This document shows, in pieces, positions 50,564 through 58,738 of a DNA stretch of 64,000 nt. A program made the translations under genes and the position numbers. The DNA comes from Acidiphilium sp. GTDB lineage: Bacteria; Pseudomonadota; Alphaproteobacteria; Acetobacterales; Acetobacteraceae. The DNA is taken from the NCBI GenBank assembly GCA_027449105.1, contig DAIDMG010000002.1:7201-71200 (forward strand). Direction: 5' to 3'. The notes below the pieces were generated by a model, which was given only the letters and a program-made list of their open reading frames with translations, was not told the origin of the DNA and ran no database searches. How positions within the stretch are numbered: position 1 is the stretch's first letter; every line of letters begins with the position of its first letter.

Positions 50564-52213
50564 ATGCAGTACAATACCGAACAACTCGATCAACCGCGCA
50601 GCATAGTGCTCGTCGGCCTGATGGGCTCCGGCAAGACAGCGATTGGCAAGCGCCTCGCTGCCTCACTGTCGCTTCCATTTCATGACTCAGACGAGGCGAT
50701 CGAGGCGGAGTTCGGCATGAGTATCTCCGAGATTTTCATCCATCATGGCGAGCCTGCCTTTCGTGCGGCCGAACGCCGAATTATCGCCAGCCTATTAGCC
50801 GGACCGCCGATCGTCCTGTCCACTGGGGGCGGCGCTTTCATGGACGAGAAAACCCGCTCTGTTATTGCGGGTAAGGCCTGGTCCGTCTGGCTCCGTGCCA
50901 GCGTACCAGTGCTCCTCCGTCGCGTGTCAGGCAAGCGGCACCGGCCACTACTTAGCGGCGCCGATCCAGCCGAGACTCTGCAAAAGCTTTCCGTTGAACG
51001 AAACCCGGTCTATGCCAGCGCCGATCTAATCGTTGACAGCACGGAGGCCCCACACGCAATGACCGTAAAGGCAGTTCTGGACGCTATCGCCAAGCACTCG
51101 GAGCCTCGAATTATCCCCGTGGAGCCGGCTGGCGGTCCAGCCTATGACGTCATCATCGGGCAATCTTTGCTGCGGCGTGTGGGGTCGCTGCTCGCAGCCA
51201 AGCTGCCGCAGCGCCAAGTCATTGTGGTAACGGATCCGAACGTCGCAGCACACCACCTTCCGTCGTTGATCGCATCGCTCAACGACGCCGGCTTCTCGCA
51301 CCATACGATCACGGCACCAGCGGGTGAAGCATCAAAAAGCCTCAAAATGTATGGCGCACTGATCGAACAAGTTCTGGCAACGCGCCCGGAGCGCGGCACC
51401 ACAGTCATAGCTCTCGGCGGGGGAGTCATTGGTGACCTCGCCGGATTCATCGCGGCCACCGCTCTGCGCGGCTTACCTTTCGTTCAGATCCCTACGACCT
51501 TGCTAGCCCAAGTTGATTCAAGCGTTGGCGGCAAAACCGGGATCAATTCGGCAAGCGGGAAAAATCTAATCGGAAGCTTTCACCAACCGCGATGTGTTCT
51601 GATCGACCTCGACACTCTTACCACCCTACCGGCCCGAGAGCGCGCCGCTGGATACGCCGAAATTGTTAAGGCGGGACTAATTGCCGACCCCGATCTGTAT
51701 CGTTGGTGCACAGCAAACGGTGCACCAATGCTTCGGGGCGATGTCGGCTTGCAGGAGCAGGCTATCGCACGCGCGATCACGTTCAAAGCGCGCATTGTCA
51801 CTGAGGATCCTTTCGAGTTGCGGGCGGACGGCGGCCGCACGCTACTTAATCTTGGGCACAGCTTCGCACATGCGCTCGAGGTGGAAACAGGTTTTAGTGG
51901 AAGCTTGCTACACGGCGAAGCCGTCGCCATCGGTCTTGTTTGTGCATTTGATCTCTCCGCCAGGCTTGGCCATTGCCCTCCCGATCTCACCTCTCAGATC
52001 TCGGCACATCTTACCTCCGTTGGGCTTCCGGTCCGCATTGGGCCGCTCCCCGTATCAAAGCTGCTGGCACATATGAAAAGCGACAAGAAGATGCGGAACG
52101 GGAGCCTCACGTTTGTGCTTGCACACGCAATTGGCCATGCGTTCACCAGCCGGGATGTCCCCGAGTCGGTGGTCCGCGCCACCCTGCTCGCGAACGGCGC
52201 TATTGATCGATAA
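50564..52213 (+). CDS. aroKB: bifunctional shikimate kinase / 3-dehydroquinate synthase (AroK-AroB fusion)
   Basis: N-terminal GLMGSGKT, GE..FR..E, STGGG, RPLL; C-terminal GGGVIGDLAGF, PTTLLAQVDSSVGGKT, LNLGH.F.HA.E, LHGEAV; one continuous ORF. Confidence 0.96.
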   Translation: MQYNTEQLDQPRSIVLVGLMGSGKTAIGKRLAASLSLPFHDSDEAIEAEFGMSISEIFIHHGEPAFRAAERRIIASLLAGPPIVLSTGGGAFMDEKTRSVIAGKAWSVWLRASVPVLLRRVSGKRHRPLLSGADPAETLQKLSVERNPVYASADLIVDSTEAPHAMTVKAVLDAIAKHSEPRIIPVEPAGGPAYDVIIGQSLLRRVGSLLAAKLPQRQVIVVTDPNVAAHHLPSLIASLNDAGFSHHTITAPAGEASKSLKMYGALIEQVLATRPERGTTVIALGGGVIGDLAGFIAATALRGLPFVQIPTTLLAQVDSSVGGKTGINSASGKNLIGSFHQPRCVLIDLDTLTTLPARERAAGYAEIVKAGLIADPDLYRWCTANGAPMLRGDVGLQEQAIARAITFKARIVTEDPFELRADGGRTLLNLGHSFAHALEVETGFSGSLLHGEAVAIGLVCAFDLSARLGHCPPDLTSQISAHLTSVGLPVRIGPLPVSKLLAHMKSDKKMRNGSLTFVLAHAIGHAFTSRDVPESVVRATLLANGAIDR

Positions 52214-52283
52214 CGAGTACGGCCGACAAAGACCTAAACCTTGGCCATCGTGGTGGCGTTCCGGGACACACCCTGTAACTACC

Positions 52284-53231
52284 TCATCGCGTCGAACGCA
52301 AAGGCGCATCAATCTGACCTAAGACCCAGCCCTCCACGGTACATATCAGGGGGTCCGTCGGAACACCGTCCGGCGCTCCTTCCACGACAGCGATCACGTT
52401 CAAGACGCCGAGTACAGAGTCAAACCGATCTTCGCCCTCTCTCCGCCCGCCGAATCCGTCGGCAATCTCACGCACTAGGTGATGTGACGGGACAGCACCA
52501 AATCGATCCATCGTCTCCATCAAACTTTGCCTTAGAGTTGCTCGATCCGATTGCTTTCGTTTGCTGCCAACCAACGTCAGACCGAACTGTACCAACGCTT
52601 CAGCCGGGTATGTTTCCGCAACGACGATCTTACCTGGTTCAAGCAAATCGGCAAATTTACCTGCATACGGCCAAACCATTATGCTCAAATTTTGTCTAAA
52701 CGCTGGCAGCAAACATTCACGCCACGCAGAAAGAGTGGCCTTTCCGCATTGATTCGGCCCTAACGTCCAGAACAAGGGAGATCCGCCACGCCGCCTGGAC
52801 GTTGGAAAATCTACGTAACGTCGCAGATCATCAGTTTTCGAAAAGCCAAGCTTGTCAGCGAGCCGTGCCATGTGGCCATGACCTTTGACGCTTGCTTGCG
52901 GATAGAATGGCCGGTCAAGTGAAGCCTCGTCAAGGGAGGTGCATACCTGAAAAATTTGTTCATTCCCGGTTAAACCGCGTAACCAGTCCAAAAAATCTGA
53001 GATCCCCTTGGATTTGGCAAAAGCCCGCGGTACGCCAAGCGCGAAATCAGCCCCAAACGCTACCGGATCTCCACCCGCCTTATCGATCAATCTTGCAAGC
53101 AAATTTCTAGGATCACCAACTAGCTCCGGTTGATTCAGGATCCATTTCTCGTCTCGGCGCGTCGCAACCGTAAGAAATCGCTTGCGGGGATCAACGCTCC
53201 AGTCGGCATGCGCTGCAAGGATCGTGGTCAT
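52284..53231 (-). CDS. DUF429-like protein (predicted RNase H-fold nuclease)
   Basis: HADWS, GADF.LG.P, PLFWTLG.NQ.GKA, ETYPA, EDRFD, EGWVLG pattern; family recalled, not searched. Confidence 0.7.
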   Translation of the reverse strand: MTTILAAHADWSVDPRKRFLTVATRRDEKWILNQPELVGDPRNLLARLIDKAGGDPVAFGADFALGVPRAFAKSKGISDFLDWLRGLTGNEQIFQVCTSLDEASLDRPFYPQASVKGHGHMARLADKLGFSKTDDLRRYVDFPTSRRRGGSPLFWTLGPNQCGKATLSAWRECLLPAFRQNLSIMVWPYAGKFADLLEPGKIVVAETYPAEALVQFGLTLVGSKRKQSDRATLRQSLMETMDRFGAVPSHHLVREIADGFGGRREGEDRFDSVLGVLNVIAVVEGAPDGVPTDPLICTVEGWVLGQIDAPLRSTR

Positions 53232-53289
53232 GGAATACGCCTAAGAAAGAAGTCTTGCACGTCGCAACAAAAATCAACCATGTTCCGGC

Positions 53290-53398
53290 ACCCACTCCCG
53301 CGTATCAATCGTGGAGTCAACGTACGATCTGTGTTGCTTCTGAGCACACTGATCCCCAGTTCCCCTACAGCGCGTCCACGACTCAGAGGTTTTTTTTT
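53290..53398 (+). ncRNA. candidate small RNA (unassigned)
   Basis: cTTGCAC-N17-CCATGT promoter-like element, nested stems, CU-rich CCCCAGTTCCCC, terminal T9 tract. Confidence 0.4.
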
Positions 53399-54175
53399 GG
53401 CCCAAATTGTTGCCTTTCCTTTAGCTCGAGCCGGGCCAACGAAAATATTCGCAGCAACACGTGGGCACGTCGGCCGGTGCTGATTTTTGTTTTTTAATTG
53501 AAAAAGTCTTTTAACACTAAAGAACAAATGAAAGTTGTAGAAAGCCAACAAACGCATTGCTATCCAATTGGAAAACCGTAATAAAGTTTCCTGGCACCCT
53601 TAAACAAGCATTTTTTTGCCCTGACAATATAGCTAAAGCTAGCACACCAGGACGCCCCATCTCTCCTTTGCAGTGGGTTCTGCAGCGCAGATCTTGTCAG
53701 GAGCTCTTCTATTGTTACGCCTTCACAGATTGGCGGCATGTTTAAGCCGGAACGTTGCGATATTTATACCGACATTTTCGCAACGCTTGATGAAATCTCA
53801 AATTTCTTCCTTGTTGCTGTGATTTATACCCACAGGCGTAACGTATATCAATAATGTTTATGGGCTTTCATTATTCAGAAAATGGAACAATAGGAATACG
53901 CGATAGTGCCAAGCTTCATGTCCCAGTTTCTATTGCAAGGATGTAGCGGATGTGAAGGGAATACGAATTCGGCTTTGGTCGGACAGGAATATTCAAAGTG
54001 GCGATACCTGACTGGCCAGAAAGCATCAAATTCAGTTCCAATAACCCTATTCCGCTGTTAGCATATGTACTTCCATTCTTTTTATTGCGACTCCATGATA
54101 CGAGCTTTGTATAATACGAGAACTTTTATCGAGCGCTATGTGAACCTGTATAACGTGGCAACATGATGCAGGCGG

Positions 54176-54988
54176 CTATACAGAAGGAAAGATTGGCGCT
54201 AGTCGTCCGCCTATACGAATCGGCTCAATACGCAATGCATAACCATCTGGGTTGGTTTCTATAAAAACCCCGCAAACTGTGGCGTCCCCCTCCGCTGGCT
54301 TCAGCCTGTCACCCGGCATTTTCTTGACGAAGCGCGCAAGTGCACCCGCCTTTCCCATTCCGATAACGCTATCATAATCGCCACACATGCCAACATCTGC
54401 GATGAACGCTGTGCCGTGAGGCAAAATCTGATGGTCAGCCGTCGGACAATGGGTATGCGTACCGAGCACCGCACTGACTCGACCATCAACCATGTGTGCG
54501 AACGCCATCTTTTCGCTGGTTGCCTCCGCATGCAAATCAATCAGGACGGCAGAGTGGGTAACCCCAAGCTTAACGCGCGCAAGCAGCGCCTCGGTTGCTT
54601 GAAATGGGCAATCCAATGGGTCCATGAATAACCGCCCCATTGCATTCACGACTAGAATGCGGCGCCCATCGGCTAGCATAATATCGACAAAGCCCTCACC
54701 CGGCGTGCCAGCTGGAAAGTTGATCGGACGTATAAGTCGCTTCTGTGTGGAGATATACGGAATAATTTCACGCCGGTCCCAAGCGTGGTTTCCCAAGGTA
54801 ATGGCGTCAGCTCCAGCGGCAAGGAGAGCGTCTGCCATGTCTGGGCCAAGACCAAATCCGTGCGATGCATTTTCCGCATTCACGACTGCGAACTCGATGG
54901 CCAAATCGCGCCTGAGGCGGGGCAGAGTGGTGATTACGGCCTCACGACCAGATCGTCCAACAACATCACCCAGAAACAGAATTCTCAT
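54176..54988 (-). CDS. ymdB: TIGR00282 / YmdB family metallophosphoesterase
   Basis: MRILFLGDVVG..GR, NAEN, TLGNH.WD, D.HAEATSEK, GTHTH.PTAD, D.GMCG; SD GGGGGAG. Confidence 0.96.
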   Translation of the reverse strand: MRILFLGDVVGRSGREAVITTLPRLRRDLAIEFAVVNAENASHGFGLGPDMADALLAAGADAITLGNHAWDRREIIPYISTQKRLIRPINFPAGTPGEGFVDIMLADGRRILVVNAMGRLFMDPLDCPFQATEALLARVKLGVTHSAVLIDLHAEATSEKMAFAHMVDGRVSAVLGTHTHCPTADHQILPHGTAFIADVGMCGDYDSVIGMGKAGALARFVKKMPGDRLKPAEGDATVCGVFIETNPDGYALRIEPIRIGGRLAPIFPSV

Positions 54989-55388
54989 CTCTCCCCCTTC
55001 ATATCGGTTGTCCGGTAGGGCGAACCAAGCGTTTCGGCAATCCCCGCAGGCCACAAGGGTATCGAAACACGCCACGCTCTCTGGAAACAGGCGATATCGA
55101 CGCTTACCATTCAGCAACGCCTAAAGTGGGTCGCGGTCGACCGTCATCACGCCCCATGAAAGCTCGCGAATCCGTAATGTGGCGTTCCTGAGGTCGCAGT
55201 TGCTCAAGATTAGGAACGGAGCGTTGCGCGCCGTTTGTACCAATTGGATTGCCACCTGGCGGTCACAGACTAAGATACTTTCAACGCTGACATTCGCAGG
55301 CGGTATGCTGATAGCATCCGGTGAGCCAGTGTCGAAACGAGAATTGACACAATTGGCTGTGATGCGGGCGCCCCGGCTGAATCATCAA

Positions 55389-55587
55389 GCACTGGAGGTC
55401 TGGCAGTCCCGTGTCCTTGACGAAATGAGCCTGAAAAAAGCATGACCTGAAATGGCTCCAGCCCGGATACGATACCCGTTGCAGTATCCGCCTTTTGCCG
55501 CGTCAAGCATTTCCTCCCTAGAGTCGAACCGTGAATACGGCAGCGCATCTATTTGGAGACCCAGGACCGTGGCTGTCGGGCTCCTGC
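55389..55587 (+). ncRNA. candidate structured RNA with MmgR-like anti-SD core (unassigned)
   Basis: ~22-bp bulged closing stem 55394-55417/55563-55584 with G.U pairs on the + strand, internal hairpins, TTTCCTCCCTA at 55510-55520. Confidence 0.4.
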
Positions 55588-56465
55588 ATCGTCATTAAAT
55601 TTGACAGTGGACATTCTTTTACGATCCTGGACTCTTAAGGAAATCATCCTCCATTAAATGGGTCATTGTGTTTCCGTATGAGATCGCTGTTGTTACCGCA
55701 TAACCGCGGTGGAAAAGCCGTCACGCGCGCCGACGCGGCAACAAGGCCACTGGGTCGATTTTTATCTGCGTCAAACGTCGGCAGTTTCGTCGGGCGACGC
55801 GGAAGCCTCCTCGATTGAGAGGCGATGAAGAACATTGTTGCAGCAATAGATGATAAGCGGCTTGCAGCGAGCGAGTTATTTTCGTTTCGAGTAAGTTCCT
55901 TTCATCGTCGGCGCCGCCCGGGCATGTCGACAATGCCATCTGATCGTTGACAACACCTGAATCTAGCGATTGGCGATCGCGCGCATGGGCTGCACTCTAG
56001 CAATAGACTTACATTCACGTTAACTTTCTACTGTAGGCGAAGGCACAATCATTGAAACCTCGTAAAATCAGTTTTCTTTGTTAGTCTTCTTCTCTTTCAT
56101 GGACAAAAACTCCTTGCGCTTCGAACTCTCCTCAAGCAGCCGCCGGCCAAGAAGAAGGCACATCCTACGAACAATTTTTTCCACTCTGTTTCGGCTTTTT
56201 ATTCCGATGGCAAAAATTTCTTCAGAAACTCCGTTAGACCAGCTCTTACGATGAAGTTCAAAAAAATATTTTTACCCCTGTTACCTCCGACAATTTTGCA
56301 TAAGCAAATTGCCATTCAGGCGATCATAGTTTCATCTATGCTGTAGGCGAATCAACGACTCCAATCTGTCTTAACATAGAGATTCTCATAGAATCACGTG
56401 AAAGGAAGAGTTCCGGACAGAATTCCCATCTTGCAGACAAATACATTTTGCGCGATGAATCTCCC

Positions 56466-57458
56466 ATGATTTCCGGACGCTTCCCCACTACGCGCCTTCG
56501 CCGTACTCGCCGTGAGGCGTGGACCCGACGAATGGTCGCGGAAACAGTGCTAAATGTTGAAAACTTAATTTGGCCAATATTTATTGGTGCTGGGAAAGGC
56601 GACCCAACCCCGGTCGGTTCCATGCCGGGCGTGCTGCGTGTAGGCCTTGACCGCCTTCCAGCATACGTTGAGCCTGCAGTAAAACTTGGCATCCCAGCGA
56701 TCGCATTGTTTCCTGCAACGCCGGCGTCCCTAAAGGACTCGGAAGGAAGCGAAGCTCTCAATCCCAACAACCTAATTTGTTCGGCCGCTCGCGTTCTGAA
56801 GCGCGAATTCCCGAATGTTGGTTTGATTGGGGACATCGCCCTTGATCCTTATACCGATCATGGACATGACGGCTTGCTGCGAGGCGATTATGTTGCCAAC
56901 GACGAGTCCGTCGCAATTCTCTCGCGCCAAGCAATCAACCAAGCGAATGCAGGAATTGACATCATTGCGCCCTCCGACATGATGGATGGGCGCATCGGAG
57001 CCATTCGGAGAGCGCTCGATAGGGAAATGCTTATCCACACACTCATCATGAGCTATGCGGCTAAATATGCTTCGTCCTTTTACGGTCCGTTCCGCGAGGC
57101 GCTCGGCTCCGGTGTGGCACTCCGGGGAAACAAGAGCACTTACCAAATGAATCCCGCCAATTCGGATGAGGCTTTGCGCGAAGTCGCTATGGATATCGAA
57201 GAAGGCGCCGACTTGGTGATCGTCAAACCCGGCATGCTTTACCTCGACATTGTCAGACGAGTGCATGACGAGTTTCGCATACCAACGTTTGCCTACCAAG
57301 TCTCTGGTGAATACGCCATGCTGACAAATGCCATGCAAGCGGGTCTTATCGATCGCGAGCGTGGAATCCTGGAAACTCTGCTTTGCTTTCGCCGCGCTGG
57401 AGCATCAGGCATTCTGACGTATTTCGCGGTTGAGGCAGCACGACTTCTGCGTGCGTGA
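56466..57458 (+). CDS. hemB: porphobilinogen synthase (Asp-rich, Zn-independent type)
   Basis: RLRRTR, DIALDPYTDHGHDG, APSDMMDGR, YAAKYASSFYGPFR, VKPG, YQVSGEY. Confidence 0.98.
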   Translation: MISGRFPTTRLRRTRREAWTRRMVAETVLNVENLIWPIFIGAGKGDPTPVGSMPGVLRVGLDRLPAYVEPAVKLGIPAIALFPATPASLKDSEGSEALNPNNLICSAARVLKREFPNVGLIGDIALDPYTDHGHDGLLRGDYVANDESVAILSRQAINQANAGIDIIAPSDMMDGRIGAIRRALDREMLIHTLIMSYAAKYASSFYGPFREALGSGVALRGNKSTYQMNPANSDEALREVAMDIEEGADLVIVKPGMLYLDIVRRVHDEFRIPTFAYQVSGEYAMLTNAMQAGLIDRERGILETLLCFRRAGASGILTYFAVEAARLLRA

Positions 57459-57466
57459 CGTGAGGA

Positions 57467-57709
57467 TCAGAAAACCGCGTGAAACGCCCCGAGCACGACT
57501 ACTGAACCAATAACGGCAACAATCAGACTGTACGGATTGAGTCCGGTCACGCCGGAAGCACCGAACAAGTTAAATATGAAGCCGCCGACGAATGCACCGA
57601 CGATGCCAAGTACAATGTCTCCGACCAGACCCGACCCGGTCCGATTGACAACCTTGCTACCAATAAACCCGGAAACCAGCCCGAGTACCAACCACGCTAA
57701 TATGGACAT
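57467..57709 (-). CDS. GlsB/YeaQ/YmgE family stress-response membrane protein
   Basis: MSILAWLVLGLVSGFIGSK.V...G.GL.GDIVLGIVGA.VGG...G.N.YS..VAVIG. Confidence 0.93.
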   Translation of the reverse strand: MSILAWLVLGLVSGFIGSKVVNRTGSGLVGDIVLGIVGAFVGGFIFNLFGASGVTGLNPYSLIVAVIGSVVVLGAFHAVF

Positions 57710-57835
57710 AGCCAAGCCTATAAAGATTCCGGACGGTGCCGTCATCATCCCACAACATTGCTTTAATGTCATTTACGCGGAAGGCTGATGGCTGACCCTC
57801 TATCCGACACAGCGAAGACCGCTTATAGCAACCAA

Positions 57836-58024
57836 ATGCGGGATGTTCTTCTAGTTCTGCTTGGAATCGACATGACCGCCGTAGTAGCCGTGCTCCTTAC
57901 CGGCGCCGTTGGCATGACGACGGGCGCGGATCCTCGGCGACAGAACAGGCTGATGCGCCTGCGGGTCTCGCTCCAAGCAATCGCGATTGCTCTGGTGGTG
58001 CTTCTGCTCATGATGGGCCACTGA
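57836..58024 (+). CDS. HIG1-like twin-transmembrane small protein
   Basis: Two TM helices flanking NRLMRLRV.LQAIA. Confidence 0.88.
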   Translation: MRDVLLVLLGIDMTAVVAVLLTGAVGMTTGADPRRQNRLMRLRVSLQAIAIALVVLLLMMGH

Positions 58025-58030
58025 TCGCCT

Positions 58031-58738
58031 ATGGCTGCTACTCGGGCAATCTTGTTCGACGTATTCGGGACATTGGTCGATTGGCGCGGCAGTGTCATTG
58101 CCGGCCTAATCGCATTTGGCGCGGCACGGGGTGTCTCAGGTGACTGGCCAGAGATCGCAGACGCGTGGTACCGTGCCTATCGTCCGTCCATGGATCGAGT
58201 ACGCCGAGGTGCGATCCCTTGGACCATCCTCGACGACCTGCACCGCGACGCGTTGGTGGATATCGCCCGGCGCCACGGCCTTTCTCCGCTCGCCGATGCT
58301 GACTGTGCCTATTTAGTGGGCCTCTGGCACCGACTCAGCGCATGGCCAGACGTCGTTGCCGGGTTAATCCGCTTGAAGCGCCGATTCATTATCGGACCAC
58401 TGTCCAACGGACATCTTGCCTTACAAGTCAATCTAGCACGTCACAACGCCTTTCCGTGGGACGTGACTTTTGGCTCAGATATTTTTCGCTACTACAAGCC
58501 AGACCCGCAAGTCTACCTTGGCGCATGCGATCTTCTGGGTCTTGTTCCAGAGGAAGTCATGCTTGTCGCTGCCCACAACGACGATCTCGCCGCCGCTTCG
58601 AGCCTCGGCTTACAAACCGGCTTCATTGCCCGTCCACGCGAATTCGGCAACGAGCATAATGACCGCGCTCAAGCAAAAGGCGACTGGAACATCATGGCCG
58701 ACTCCGTTGAAGACCTCGCCGACCACCTCGGAACCTAA
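58031..58738 (+). CDS. haloacid dehalogenase type II family hydrolase
   Basis: FDVFGTLVDWR, WHRL..WPD, LSNG, YKP, VAAH..DL.AA. Confidence 0.93.
   Translation: MAATRAILFDVFGTLVDWRGSVIAGLIAFGAARGVSGDWPEIADAWYRAYRPSMDRVRRGAIPWTILDDLHRDALVDIARRHGLSPLADADCAYLVGLWHRLSAWPDVVAGLIRLKRRFIIGPLSNGHLALQVNLARHNAFPWDVTFGSDIFRYYKPDPQVYLGACDLLGLVPEEVMLVAAHNDDLAAASSLGLQTGFIARPREFGNEHNDRAQAKGDWNIMADSVEDLADHLGT

Noticed and set aside
53400-54175. AT-rich spacer as oriC or CRISPR leader
   Set aside because: No DnaA-box cluster, no repeat-spacer array, no cas genes.
55179-55445. 88-aa ORF with faint carboxymuconolactone decarboxylase-like segment
   Set aside because: No SD, no CxxC, similarity too weak to call.
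56031-56351. 11-bp direct repeat CTGTAGGCGAA, 310 nt apart
   Set aside because: Only two copies, no integrase or array structure; chance plausible.
55000-56460. 6S RNA expected upstream of ymdB
   Set aside because: Alphaproteobacterial 6S sequence motifs not recognised, and the long stem favours the opposite strand; needs an Infernal search.
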